Source of the DNA: an uncultured Chloroflexia bacterium
Lineage (GTDB): Bacteria; Chloroflexota; Limnocylindria; Limnocylindrales; CSP1-4
Length of the DNA: 64,000 bases
Direction of reading: 5' to 3'
Assembly (NCBI GenBank): GCA_963734535.1
Contig: CAVTHS010000010.1
Location: forward strand, 224,001 to 288,000
The notes under the pieces were generated by a model. That model did no database searches. It saw nothing but the letters and a program-made list of their open reading frames with translations, and was not told the origin of the DNA. The position numbers were made by a program, and so were the translations under genes. Shown here in pieces: positions 8,059-20,624 of this stretch (its first letter is position 1; each line of letters begins with the position of its first letter).

Positions 8059-9006
8059 ATGACGATGCAGGTCGAACCGTTCAACGCGCAGATCGCCGAC
8101 CCATTGGCGAACCAGAAGCCGGTCAGCCTGCTCCGAGACACCCTGCGCAACATCCTGCGACAGCGCTCGGCGATCGTCGGCCTGACCGTGCTTGCGCTCC
8201 TCGTGCTCGTCGCGATCTTCGCCGGGGTCATCGCCCCGTTCGATCCCACCCAGGTGCTGCTCGGCGTCGAGGATTCCGCCGTTCCACGCCTGGCCCCATG
8301 CATCCACCTTCTGGGCTGTCCCGTCAGCCAGCCCGAGCACCTCATGGGCCTCGATGGAAATGCGCGCGACGTATTCAGCCGCGTCGTCTTCGGCACGCGG
8401 GTCGACCTCGAGATCGGGTTCCTGACGGTCGGGTTCGCGATCATCCTCGGCACGATCATCGGGTCGGTTGCAGGCTTCTTCGGGTCTCGCTGGGACAACT
8501 TCCTCATGCGCTTGATGGACGTGCTCCTCGCGTTCCCGAGCCTCCTCCTCGCCATCGCGATCGTCACCGTCCTGGGCCCCGGCCTCATCAACGCCCAGCT
8601 GGCGATCGGGATCGTGGCCATTCCGGTCTACGCGCGGGTGATGCGTGCGTCCGTCCTCTCGATCCGCGGCCAGGACTTCATCGCGGCCTCGCGGGCGCTC
8701 GGCGAATCGTCCGGTGGAATCCTCCGCCGACGCATCATCCCGAACGCGCTGACCCCGCTCATCGTCCAGGGAACGCTCGGGATCGCCGGGGCGATCATCG
8801 ACGTCGCTGCGCTCTCGTTCCTCGGCCTGGGCGCCCAGCCGCCGCTCGCCGAGTGGGGTTCGATGATCGGCGACGAGAGGAACGCGATCTTCTCGGCGCC
8901 CCACCTGGTCCTGGTCCCGGGCATCGCGATCATCATCACCTGCCTCTCGTTCAACCTGCTCGGCGACGGGCTTCGCGACGCGCTCGACCCGCGGCTGAAC
9001 CGATGA
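8059..9006 (+). CDS. dppC: Peptide ABC permease (DppC/OppC-like)
   Basis: HLMGLDGNARDVFSR, ASRALG, LSFLGLGAQPP.EWG, NLLGDGLRDALDPR. Confidence 0.93.
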   Translation: MTMQVEPFNAQIADPLANQKPVSLLRDTLRNILRQRSAIVGLTVLALLVLVAIFAGVIAPFDPTQVLLGVEDSAVPRLAPCIHLLGCPVSQPEHLMGLDGNARDVFSRVVFGTRVDLEIGFLTVGFAIILGTIIGSVAGFFGSRWDNFLMRLMDVLLAFPSLLLAIAIVTVLGPGLINAQLAIGIVAIPVYARVMRASVLSIRGQDFIAASRALGESSGGILRRRIIPNALTPLIVQGTLGIAGAIIDVAALSFLGLGAQPPLAEWGSMIGDERNAIFSAPHLVLVPGIAIIITCLSFNLLGDGLRDALDPRLNR

Positions 9007-10108
9007 CCTTCCCGCTCGAGAAGACCGCGATGGGCGATGGCGCCATGATCGAGGAGCTGTCGCCCGCGAGCGTGCGGCGCGTGAGCCGCCCGCGCAGCGG
9101 CCGCCCGCTCCTCGAGGTCAAGGGCCTCCGGACCTCGTTCTACACGCGGGACGGCGTGATCAAGGCCGTCGACGGGATCGACTTCCACGTTGACCGCGGC
9201 GAGGTCCTGGGGCTGGTCGGCGAATCGGGCTGCGGGAAGAGCGTGACCTCACTCTCCGTGCTTCGGCTGATCGCCAAGCCTGGCCGAATCGAGGCCGGCG
9301 AGGTGCTCTTCGACGGGAACGACCTCCTCAAGGTCGATGCCGACACCATGCGCAAGATCCGCGGCGAGCAGATCGCCATGATCTTCCAGCAGCCCACCTC
9401 GTCGCTCAACCCGGTCTGGGACGTCGGCCGGCAGATCGCCGAGGTGCTCGAGATCCACCGCAACATGAAGCAGAAGGCGGCCCGGGGACGGGCACTCGAG
9501 CTGCTCAGGATGGTGGGCATCCCGGATCCCGAGCGCCGCCTCAAGGCCTTCCCGCACGAGCTGTCCGGAGGGATGGCGCAGCGCGTCATGATCGCCATGG
9601 CGCTCGCCTGCGAGCCGGACCTGCTGATCGCGGACGAGCCGACCACTGCCCTGGACGTCACGATCCAGGCCCAGATCCTCGACCTCATGCGCCACCTTCG
9701 CGAGGAGACGGGCACGGCGATCATCCTGATCACCCACGACCTCGGCGTCGTGGCCGAGATGTGCGACCGGGTCGCGGTCATGTATGCAGGCGAGATCGTT
9801 GAGCAGACGGACGTGGTCTCGCTCTTCCGGAACCCGCGCCACCCGTACACGCGCGGGCTCATCGCCTCGGTCCCGGTGATGGGCGAGGTCCGCGATTCGC
9901 TGACCGTCATCCCGGGCAACGTGCCGAACCTGATCGACCTCCCGCCGGTCTGCCGGTTCGCCCCGCGGTGCGTTGCCAGGATCGAGGCCAGCCTCCAGAT
10001 CTGCACGGAGCGCCACCCGGCGCTGCTCCCCGTCGACGCGGACCACGACACGCGGTGCTGGCTCGACCACGACGTGGACGGCCGGCTGATCTCGGCCGGG
10101 ACCGCCCG

Positions 10109-10112
<4 letters not shown>
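9003..10112 (+). CDS. dppD: Peptide ABC ATP-binding protein (DppD/OppD-like)
   Basis: [28 protein letters not shown]-terminal CRFAPRC; ATGA overlap with dppC. Confidence 0.93.
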
Positions 10113-11197
<1,085 letters not shown>

Positions 11198-11259
11198 CCG
11201 CGGCCGGGCCGCCCCCGGTTCGCCCGCGCCCATCGACGGGTGCCGCGGCCGGATCTCGA

Positions 11260-12413
11260 TCAGATGGACGAGGACCGGGCCGCCATGGCGATGTTCTCGG
11301 CGGAGACGTCCTCCGCGAAGTGGCAGGCGACCGCGTGCCCGGGTGCGAGGTCGCGCAGCTCCGGCGTCTCCGCCACGCAGCGCTCGGGGTTCCCCAGTCG
11401 CTCGCGCAGCCAGCATCGTGTATGGAACCGGCAGCCCGACGGCGGGTTGGCCGGTGACGGGATGTCGCCCTTCAGGATGATCCGCTTCTTGCGGTGGCGA
11501 GGGTCCGGGTCCGGGATCGCCGACAGGAGCGCGACGGTGTAGGGGTGGCCCGGATGCGCGTAGATCTCCTCCACGGGGGCCAGCTCCGCGAGCGCTCCAA
11601 GGTACATCACCCCCACCCGGTCGCTGATGTGCTCGACGACGGCCAGGTTGTGGGCGATGAACAGGTAGGTCAGGCCCAGCTCCTGCTGGAGGTCGTCGAG
11701 GAGGTTCAGGACCTGGCTCTGGATCGAGACATCCAGCGCAGAGACGGGTTCGTCGAGGACCACGAACTCCGGGTTGAGCGCGAGCGCTCGCGCGATCCCG
11801 ATCCGCTGCCGCTGGCCGCCCGAGAACTCGTGCGGGTAGCGGTGGATGTGGCTCTGGTTGAGCCCCACCTTCGCGAGCAGCTCACGGACCAGCTCCTCGC
11901 GCTGCTCCTTGTTCGACATGCCGTGGACGAGCGGGCCCTCCCCGACGATCTCGCCCACCGACATGCGGGGATTGAGGCTGGCGTACGGGTCCTGGAAGAC
12001 CACCTGGAGGTCGCGGCGAACCGCCTTCATCGCCTGGCCGCTCAGCGCGATCGGCTTGCGTCCCGCCTTCCGTTCGGCGGCGGTCGGCAGGTCGAAGATC
12101 GTCTTGCCGTGCACGATGACCCGCCCGGATGTCGGCGGAAGAAGACGGAGGATGACCTTGCCCAGCGTCGTCTTTCCGCAGCCGGATTCGCCGACGAGGC
12201 CCAGCGTCTCGCCATTCCGGACGGTGAAGCTGACGCCGTCGACCGCCCGGACCGCGCCGATGCGGGCGACGCCGAGCGGCCCGCCGCGGATCTCGAAGTG
12301 CTTGTAGAGATTGTCGACGACGAGGAGCGGCTGCTCCTCGCCGGCCGGGACGGCGGCGGAACCCGGCTGGGTCTCGAGCGCGGGATTCCGGGTCTGCTCG
12401 GGGCTCATGCTCA

Positions 12414-12414
<1 letters not shown>
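11260..12414 (-). CDS. oppF: Peptide ABC ATP-binding protein (OppF-like)
   Basis: [38 protein letters not shown]. Confidence 0.92.
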
Positions 12415-13469
<1,055 letters not shown>

Positions 13470-13473
13470 CGCG

Positions 13474-14412
13474 TCAGGCCTCGATCCGCTGCCGCGGGTC
13501 GAGGGCGTCCCGGAGGCCATCGCCGAGGAAGCTCGCGGCGAGGACCAGGAGGATCAGGGTGATGCCCGGGTACCAGATCCAGAGCGGCTGCCGGTAGAAG
13601 TAGTCCTGGGCGTTCGTCAGCATGTTGCCCAGGCTGGCCTCGGGAGGCCGCAGGCCGAAGCCGAGGAAGGACAGGGCGGCCTCGGTGACGACCGAGTCGG
13701 CGATCCCCAGCGTCGACGCCACCACGACCGGCGCGAGCGCGCTCGGGATCATGTGCCGGATGACGATCCGGCGGTCGCTCGCCCCGAGCGCCTTGGCCGC
13801 CTGGACGAAGTCCGACTCGCGGAGGCGCAGGAACTCGGCGCGGACGAGGCGTGCTGCGGTGGTCCAGCCAGTCAGGCCGATCGCGAAGATGATGACGAAG
13901 ACGTTGCCGGAGCCCATGAACGCCACGAACATGAGGACCAGGAAGAAGGTCGGCAGCGACAGGACGATGTCGACGACGCGCATCAGGAGGTTGTCGACCC
14001 ACCCGCCGACGTAGCCCGCGATCGATCCGATCGTCGTCCCCAGGCCGGCGATGATGAGAACGGCGAAGAACCCGATCGTGAGCGACGTCTGGAGGCCCCG
14101 CATGAGCCGGAAGAAGATGTTGATTCCCAGGTTGTCGTAGCCGAGCGGCGCCGTCAGCGAGGAGGGATCCTTCGGCCCGTGCGTCAGGCTCGTCTTGAAC
14201 CACGCGTCGCCGCCGATCAGCGGGAAGGCGATCGACGAGACGATCAGGACCACCATCAGCACGAGTGCGATGGCCGCCATCCGGTGCTGCAGGAAGCGCC
14301 TGCGCACCAGCTGCCAGTAGGTGCGAACCGGGACCAGGTCGACCTCGTCGATCTCGGTCGCCGGCCTCGCCAGGGGCGCGCCCGGGACGGGGAGTCCCTC
14401 CGATCGTGCCAT
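13474..14412 (-). CDS. oppC: Peptide ABC permease (OppC-like)
   Basis: RRFLQHR, LGYDNLG, FVQAAKALGAS, FLGDGLRDALDPR. Confidence 0.92.
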   Translation of the reverse strand: MARSEGLPVPGAPLARPATEIDEVDLVPVRTYWQLVRRRFLQHRMAAIALVLMVVLIVSSIAFPLIGGDAWFKTSLTHGPKDPSSLTAPLGYDNLGINIFFRLMRGLQTSLTIGFFAVLIIAGLGTTIGSIAGYVGGWVDNLLMRVVDIVLSLPTFFLVLMFVAFMGSGNVFVIIFAIGLTGWTTAARLVRAEFLRLRESDFVQAAKALGASDRRIVIRHMIPSALAPVVVASTLGIADSVVTEAALSFLGFGLRPPEASLGNMLTNAQDYFYRQPLWIWYPGITLILLVLAASFLGDGLRDALDPRQRIEA

Positions 14413-14429
14413 GCCGGTCCTTCCTCCGC

Positions 14430-15392
14430 TCAGTACGTGATGCGGGGGTCGACGACCGCATACGCGACGTCGGCCAACAGGTTGCCGAGGATGACCATGA
14501 CCCCGCCGATCATGACCGTGGCCAGCACGACGGGGTAGTCGCGCTCGGTGACGGCCTGCACGCCGAGGAAGCCCAGCCCGGGCCACGAGAAGACCGTCTC
14601 GGTGATGGCGGCGCCTGACAGGAGCGCGGGTACCGTGAGGCCGAGCAGCGTGACGATCGGGATCATGGCATTGCGGAGGGCATGCTTGAAGATGACCCGG
14701 CGGTCGGCGAGGCCCTTGGAGCGCGCCGTCCGGATGTAGTCCTGGCGCAGGACCTCGAGCATCGATGCCCGCATGTAGCGGCTCCAGCCGGCGACCTGGA
14801 TGACCGCCAGCGTGGTCACCGGCAACGCCAGGTGCCAGAGCAGGTCCAGCAGGTCACCCGTCTTGCCGAAGCTGTTCTGTCCGAACAGGGGAAACAGGTT
14901 GAGCTGGACGGAGAAGGTCTGCTTGAGCATGAGGCCGAGCCAGAAGGTCGGCATCGCGTAGCCGATCGTCGAGAACGTCGTGATGATCTTGTCCCACCAG
15001 CTGTACTGCCGGACTGCCTGCAGTACCCCGATCGGGATCGCGACGATGACGGTCACGAGCAGGGACATCCCGGTGAGCCACAGCGTGGACGGGATCCGGG
15101 CGAAGATCTTGTCGCGGACCGGCAGCCCGTCCGTGAACGAGTAGCCCCAGGCCGTGTTGTCGAACGGGAACAACCAGAACTTGCTGAACCACTTGCCGAA
15201 CTGGACCGGGATCGATTCGTCGAGCCCGTACAGCCGGATCAGGTTGTTGATCGTCTCGGGGCTCACCCGGGGCGCGCGGAACTTGTCGATCGGCGAGCCC
15301 GGGGTCAGGTGGACGATGAGGAATGAGATGACGCTGATCCCGATGACGATCGGGATGGCCTGGATCAGGCGTCGGACGATGTAGGTCGCCAT
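14430..15392 (-). CDS. oppB: Peptide ABC permease (OppB-like)
   Basis: YIVRRLIQ, YGLDE, QDYIRTARSKGL, VFSWPGLG, VDPRI. Confidence 0.92.
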   Translation of the reverse strand: MATYIVRRLIQAIPIVIGISVISFLIVHLTPGSPIDKFRAPRVSPETINNLIRLYGLDESIPVQFGKWFSKFWLFPFDNTAWGYSFTDGLPVRDKIFARIPSTLWLTGMSLLVTVIVAIPIGVLQAVRQYSWWDKIITTFSTIGYAMPTFWLGLMLKQTFSVQLNLFPLFGQNSFGKTGDLLDLLWHLALPVTTLAVIQVAGWSRYMRASMLEVLRQDYIRTARSKGLADRRVIFKHALRNAMIPIVTLLGLTVPALLSGAAITETVFSWPGLGFLGVQAVTERDYPVVLATVMIGGVMVILGNLLADVAYAVVDPRITY

Positions 15393-15456
15393 GCGATCGA
15401 TGCCTCGGAATCTGCCGCGTCATCCCCGAGCGGGGCATCTCGGCGCCAAACAATTG

Positions 15457-15490
15457 CGTCCGGGGTGAGCCCGTGGGCTCACCCCGGACG
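15457..15490 (-). terminator. Intergenic stem-loop after second SBP gene
   Basis: CGTCCGGGGTGAGCC-cgtg-GGCTCACCCCGGACG perfect 15-bp inverted repeat. Confidence 0.65.
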
Positions 15491-15522
15491 TCGATTTCGG
15501 GCGGTAACGCGCGACGTCGCGC

Positions 15523-17565
15523 CTACTGCGCCTTGAAGCTCCAGGTGTCGTTGTTCCAGTAATACAGCGGGCTGGCGAGGTCGACCGTGGCGTCGTTCAC
15601 GACGGTGTTCGTGCCCGACACGAGCGACTTGCTCATCCCGGAGTTCCGCTTGTCCGCCCACAGGAAGTAGTACGGCACTTCGTTGTGGATGATCGCCTGG
15701 AACTGCGAGTAGATGGTCGTGCGCTTGGCCTGGTCGGTCTCCTGGCGGCCCTGCGTCAGGAGCCCGTCGGCGGTCTTGTTGCACCACCCCACGAAGTTGT
15801 TGGAGTCGGGGCGCTCCTTGGTGACGACCTGGTCGCATCCGAAGATCGACGAGTCATCCGGGTCGAGGGCCGTGGACCAGCCGCCCAGGTACGTGTCGAA
15901 GTTGTTCGGGTAGGAGAGCAGCGGCAGGAGCACGGTCGAGAAGTCGGCCGGCGCTACCTTGATCTCGATGCCGCACGCCTTGAGCTGGTCCGCGGCGAGC
16001 TGGGCGAAGGAGACGCGCTGGGGCTTGCCGCTCCGGACGTACAGCGTCGTGGAGAGCTTCTTGCCCGCCTTGGCGTAGATGCCGTCGGAACCGAGGGTCC
16101 AGCCGGACTTCTCGATCAGGGTCTTGGCGCCTGCGACGTCCAGGGTGTACTTCGGCACGTTCGGGTCGAATGCCCACGAAGCGGGCGGGACGTTGGCGTA
16201 GACCGGGACGCCGTTGCCGTCGGTGGCCTTGTTCACGGTCGCGTCATGGTCGATGCACATCGTGAACGCCTGGCGGAGATTCGCGTCGCTGTAGAGCTTG
16301 CCCGGCCGCAGGTTGAAGGCGATGAAGTAGTAGCCGAAGTCGGCGTAGCTGGCGATCTGCAGGTTCGGGTCTGCCTTGAGCGTCGCGAGGGCGTCGGAGA
16401 TGATGTCGTACTGCCAGTTGATGTCGCCCTTCTGGAGGGCGGCAGACTGCGACGACGCGTCCTTGATGATCGGGGCGAAGAAGTTCGCCGAGCCGACCGA
16501 GCCTGCGTAGTAGGTCGGGTTGGCCTTCAGCGAGACCGACTGGCCGGCCTGGTAGTTGTCGAACATGTAGGGGCCGGTGCCGACCGGGTGCTGCTGGAAG
16601 TCGAGGAGCCGGAAGGCCGCCGCGACCTGGTCGTTCTGGCTGGACTTGAGGGCCTTGTTCAGGTCGGCGAGGGCGCTGGCGAGCGCCTGGCCGTAGGCGG
16701 TGGCGTCGGGCGAGCCGTCGGCCTTCAGGTAGATGGCCTTGTTCAGCTGGCCTGCGCCGAGCGGGACGCCACCGGCCTGGAGGATCGGCTCGATCTCCGC
16801 GACGTACGACGCGAAGTCGCACGTCGTGGGCTGCGTAGCGGAGCCGTCGCACTTGGCGTCCGTGGTGGCCGCGGAGATCTTGTCATCGAGCGCTGCGACC
16901 TTGGTCGCATCGGTCTTGCCCGCAGCCGCCTGGAAGGTCGCGAAGGAGGCCATCACGGCCTTCTGGGGCATGATGATCGTCGGGAGGTCCGTCACCAGGA
17001 ACGGCGCGAACTTCGACTTCAGGACGAAGACGACCGTCGCCGGATCCGGTGCCGAGACAGACGCGACGTTCGTCTGGATATCCGAGCAGAACGCCGGGAT
17101 GAACGTGCAGTTCTTCGATCCAGCGAGATCGAAGGTGAACTTCACGTCAGCCGAGGTGAAGTCGTCGCCGTTCTGCCACTTGATCCCCGGCTTGATCGTG
17201 ACCGTCCAGGTCAGGCCGTCGGCGCTCACGACAGGCAGCGCGGTCGCCATGTCGGGGAGGACGGCGAGCTTGTTGTTGACCCGGTACAGGCCCGTGTAGA
17301 TCATCGCGTTGAGGTAGCTCGTCGGGAGGTCGGTGTACGCGAGCGACAGATACGTCGGCTCCGCGTCCATCCCGAACTTGAAGTCGCCGGTTGGCCCGGT
17401 GCTGGCGGCAGCGCTCGGCGCTGCGCTGGCGGCGCCACTGGCGGCAGCGCTCGCGGCCGCGCTGGCGGCCGCGCTGGGGGCGGGGGTGGCCGAGCCGCCG
17501 CACGCAGACGCGACGATCGTGAGTGCCCCGAGCAGCGCGAGACCGCGAAGTCTCAGGTTCGTCAA
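15523..17565 (-). CDS. oppA: Peptide ABC solute-binding lipoprotein (family 5, OppA/AppA-like) with large insertion
   Basis: TTG start after AGGAGG; lipobox VASAC; SADGLTWTVTIKPGIKWQNGDDFTSADVKFT, PVGTGPY, LRQAF. Confidence 0.9.
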   Translation of the reverse strand: MTNLRLRGLALLGALTIVASACGGSATPAPSAAASAAASAAASGAASAAPSAAASTGPTGDFKFGMDAEPTYLSLAYTDLPTSYLNAMIYTGLYRVNNKLAVLPDMATALPVVSADGLTWTVTIKPGIKWQNGDDFTSADVKFTFDLAGSKNCTFIPAFCSDIQTNVASVSAPDPATVVFVLKSKFAPFLVTDLPTIIMPQKAVMASFATFQAAAGKTDATKVAALDDKISAATTDAKCDGSATQPTTCDFASYVAEIEPILQAGGVPLGAGQLNKAIYLKADGSPDATAYGQALASALADLNKALKSSQNDQVAAAFRLLDFQQHPVGTGPYMFDNYQAGQSVSLKANPTYYAGSVGSANFFAPIIKDASSQSAALQKGDINWQYDIISDALATLKADPNLQIASYADFGYYFIAFNLRPGKLYSDANLRQAFTMCIDHDATVNKATDGNGVPVYANVPPASWAFDPNVPKYTLDVAGAKTLIEKSGWTLGSDGIYAKAGKKLSTTLYVRSGKPQRVSFAQLAADQLKACGIEIKVAPADFSTVLLPLLSYPNNFDTYLGGWSTALDPDDSSIFGCDQVVTKERPDSNNFVGWCNKTADGLLTQGRQETDQAKRTTIYSQFQAIIHNEVPYYFLWADKRNSGMSKSLVSGTNTVVNDATVDLASPLYYWNNDTWSFKAQ

Positions 17566-17686
17566 GTTGCTTCCTCCTGTCACTGGGTCTGCACGGCGTT
17601 CGCCGTGTGGCCCGCTCCTCCTCGAGCGAGAGTCCGAGCCGGCGCACGCTGGGCGCAGCCGGCCGAACGCCCGTAAACGTTCGCGC

Positions 17687-17717
17687 ATTATAAGGTGCGG
17701 CCGTTCGCGACGGTCAA
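17687..17717 (-). promoter_or_regulatory. Sigma70-type promoter for the opp operon
   Basis: TATAAT (17687-17692) and TTGACC (17712-17717), with a slightly long 19-nt spacer. Confidence 0.55.
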
Positions 17718-17763
17718 GGAACCCGCCGACGCGCCCGGCGGTCTCATCGCATCACTGGCCGGG

Positions 17764-18372
17764 TCACCTCCTGTCCGCGCCGATCGGCGCTGCCTGGGGG
17801 CCACTCTCCGAAGCATCGACGCCGGGCCGTTCGGGCGGCACAGCGTGCAGCCCGACGATCGCGCGTGCGAGGTCGTCCGGGCGGCTCATCCCGTCGATCG
17901 CGGGTGTGGCGGGGGTGGCGGAGATGGGAGTCGGGGAATCGGGGCGACGGTCGCTCGCCCGCTCGAAGACGATGGCGGGCGATGCCCTGGACAGGCCCGG
18001 AGCCCCCTCGTCGTAGACGCTGGCGGGCACATTCACGAGCGCCGGCCCCGCAAGCGCCCCGCACAGGCCGACGGCGAGGAGCATCCCCGGCATCCCCGAC
18101 AGCAGGAACGAGGGTCCCCGGCGCCTGATCGCCAGGCGGTCCCGCAGCCGGGACCAGCCGTCCGCCGCGGGCTCGGCCCGAAGCGCCTCCGCGTGAAGAC
18201 ACCGGAGGGCGTGGAGGACCAGCGTGGTCGTCGCCAGCTCGTCTTCGCAGCGGCGGCAGCGTTCGAGGTGGTCGAGGGCGCGCAGCACGGCAGGCCCGGC
18301 CGTCCGGCAGGCAGCGAACTCGACAAGCGCGTCACGATGCGCGGCACAGGGCCGCTCCCAGGGCAGCCTCAT
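17764..18372 (-). CDS. Zinc-binding (ZAS) membrane-anchored anti-sigma factor-like protein
   Basis: HLERCRRC (HxxxCxxC) near the N-terminus, one transmembrane helix; ATGA overlap with the sigma gene. Confidence 0.75.
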   Translation of the reverse strand: MRLPWERPCAAHRDALVEFAACRTAGPAVLRALDHLERCRRCEDELATTTLVLHALRCLHAEALRAEPAADGWSRLRDRLAIRRRGPSFLLSGMPGMLLAVGLCGALAGPALVNVPASVYDEGAPGLSRASPAIVFERASDRRPDSPTPISATPATPAIDGMSRPDDLARAIVGLHAVPPERPGVDASESGPQAAPIGADRR

Positions 18373-19013
18373 GGCTCGATATCTGCCTTGATGGCCACGC
18401 CGGCCTCCGGCGTCGGGTACGCGCCACCGAAGCGGCGGTCCTCCTCGAGGCGCCCGCGCAGCGAGCGAAGCCCGAAATGGAGCCGCGACTTCACGGTCCC
18501 CACGGGGATGCCCAGGATGTCGGCGGTCTCGGTGATGGAACGGCTGCGCAGGTAGAAGAGCACGATGACGGCCTGGTGCTTGGCCGGCAGTGCGGCGATC
18601 CCGTCGCGCACGATCTCGCGCAGCTCCGCGAGCTCGGCCCGGTCCGCGGGCTCGGCGGTGTGATCGAACAGGAAGTGGGCCATCGCCTCCGTGATGGGCT
18701 CCCACGGCAGGCGCCGCCGGGTCAGCCGCGTGTAGCAGAAGTTGAGGGCCACGCGGTGGAGCCAGGGCAGCGGGCTGGCGTCCGGATGCAGACGCCGGCG
18801 CCACTCGTAGGCCTTGGCGAACGTGTCCTGGAGGACCTCTTCGGCTGCCTGGCGTTCGCCCAGGAGCGCATAGGCCGTCGCGAAGATCGGCCCCCGGTAG
18901 CGCTCGAAGAATGTCCCGAACGCATCGAGGTCGTCGTCGCGGATCCTCCGCAGCAGGACCGCCTCCGAGGGGTCGAGCTCGCGGCCCGCGCCGTCCGGTT
19001 GATCGGTGGTCAT
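18369..19013 (-). CDS. ECF RNA polymerase sigma factor
   Basis: AFGTFFERY, AEEVLQDTF, WLHRVALN, ETADILGIPVGTVKSRLH. Confidence 0.92.
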   Translation of the reverse strand: MTTDQPDGAGRELDPSEAVLLRRIRDDDLDAFGTFFERYRGPIFATAYALLGERQAAEEVLQDTFAKAYEWRRRLHPDASPLPWLHRVALNFCYTRLTRRRLPWEPITEAMAHFLFDHTAEPADRAELAELREIVRDGIAALPAKHQAVIVLFYLRSRSITETADILGIPVGTVKSRLHFGLRSLRGRLEEDRRFGGAYPTPEAGVAIKADIEP

Positions 19014-19115
19014 TGACACACGCGCTAGCCCGGGATCATCGCGTTCGTCGCCGACGCTCCCGTCATGCTCTCTTACGTCCGGGAGCCACGGCAGGTTCAC
19101 GCGTTGGGGGATGAC

Positions 19116-20624
19116 TCAGCCCGCGGACGACGGCTCGGCAGGATTCCCCGCACGCCAGCGCAGGTTCGGCTGGCGGGCGGCAGTTGCCTCGTCCAGCCGC
19201 CGGACCGGCGCCGAGTGCGGAGCCGACGTCACGAGCTCCGGGGTCGCGTGTGCCTCCCGCGCGATCTCGAGCAGCGCGTCCGCGAACGCATCGAGCGTCT
19301 CGAGCCGCTCGGTCTCGGTCGGCTCGATGAGCATCGCCTCGTCCACCGTGTGCGGAAAGTAGATCGTGGGCGGGTGGTAGCCCTTGTCGATGAGCCGCTT
19401 GGCCACGTCGAGGGTGCGAACGCCGGTCGCGCGCTTGAGGGCCGCGCCGGACGCGATGAACTCGTGGGCGCACGGACCCGCGAAGGGAACCTCCCACGCG
19501 CCGTCTGCCTCGAGCCGGCCACGGAGATAGTTGGCCGCGAGGACGGCGTCGTCGCTGACCTCGCGCAGGCCGTCCGCCCCGTGTGCCCGGATGTACGCCC
19601 ACGCACGCACGAGGATGCCGACGTTGCCGACGTGAGCGCGCATCCGGCCGATGCTGGCCGGACGCTCCCCGGGGCGCTCCAGCCGGAAAGTCCCGTCCGG
19701 CTCCCGCAGGACCAGCGGCGCCGGCAGGAACGGGACGAGCGGCGCCAGGACACCGACCGGACCGGCCCCCGGGCCGCCGCCGCCGTGGGGCGTCGCGAAC
19801 GTCTTGTGGACGTTGAAGTGCATGACGTCGAAGCCCGCCTCCCCGGGCCGGAAGCGCCCGAGGATCGCGTTGAGGTTGGCGCCGTCCATGTAGGCGAGCG
19901 CGCCGGCTGCATGCACCATCTCGAGCAGCTCGACGATGTGGCGCTCGAACAGGCCGAGCGTCGACGGGTTCGTGATCATGATGGCGGCGGTGCGCGGACC
20001 GAGGGCTGCCCGGAAGGCCTCGAGATCCACGCCGCCGTCCGGCGCCGAGACGATGTTGACGGTCCGGAACCCCGCCATCGACGCGGTGGCGGGGTTCGTG
20101 CCGTGGGCAGAATCAGGGATGAGAACCTCGGTCCGCTCCAGGTCGCCGCGCGCCCGGTGATACGCCCGCACGAGGAGGATCCCTGTCAGCTCACCCTGCG
20201 CCCCGGCCGCCGGCTGGAGCGTCACCGCGTCCATGCCGCTGATCTCCGCGAGGTCGCGCTCCAGCTCCCACAGCAGCTCCAGCGTTCCCTGGGCGGTCTC
20301 GTCGGGCGCCAGCGGATGGAGCCCCGCGAAACCGGGCAGCCGGGCAGCCCATTCATTGACCTTCGGGTTGTACTTCATCGTGCACGACCCGAGCGGGTAG
20401 AAGCCGGTGTCCACGCCCCAGTTGAGCTGCGAGAGGTTGACGTAGTGACGCACGAGGGACTGCTCGTCCACCTCCGGGAGCGCCGCCGGTACGACCCGGA
20501 GCGAGTCCGCCGGGAGTCGGGCGAGCGCGTCGGCGGGCGGCGCGGGAATCCGGCGGCCCGCGGCCCGGCCGGAGCCCGACAGCTCGAAGAGCGTGGGCTG
20601 GAGCTTCGCTCCGGTGACGCTCAT
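19116..20624 (-). CDS. gcvPB: Glycine dehydrogenase subunit 2
   Basis: [47 protein letters not shown]. Confidence 0.96.
   Translation of the reverse strand: MSVTGAKLQPTLFELSGSGRAAGRRIPAPPADALARLPADSLRVVPAALPEVDEQSLVRHYVNLSQLNWGVDTGFYPLGSCTMKYNPKVNEWAARLPGFAGLHPLAPDETAQGTLELLWELERDLAEISGMDAVTLQPAAGAQGELTGILLVRAYHRARGDLERTEVLIPDSAHGTNPATASMAGFRTVNIVSAPDGGVDLEAFRAALGPRTAAIMITNPSTLGLFERHIVELLEMVHAAGALAYMDGANLNAILGRFRPGEAGFDVMHFNVHKTFATPHGGGGPGAGPVGVLAPLVPFLPAPLVLREPDGTFRLERPGERPASIGRMRAHVGNVGILVRAWAYIRAHGADGLREVSDDAVLAANYLRGRLEADGAWEVPFAGPCAHEFIASGAALKRATGVRTLDVAKRLIDKGYHPPTIYFPHTVDEAMLIEPTETERLETLDAFADALLEIAREAHATPELVTSAPHSAPVRRLDEATAARQPNLRWRAGNPAEPSSAG

Noticed and set aside
17400-17480. 12-bp GCC/GCG-rich repeats (also 5200-5290)
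   Set aside because: They encode ordinary Ala/Ser lipoprotein tether linkers.
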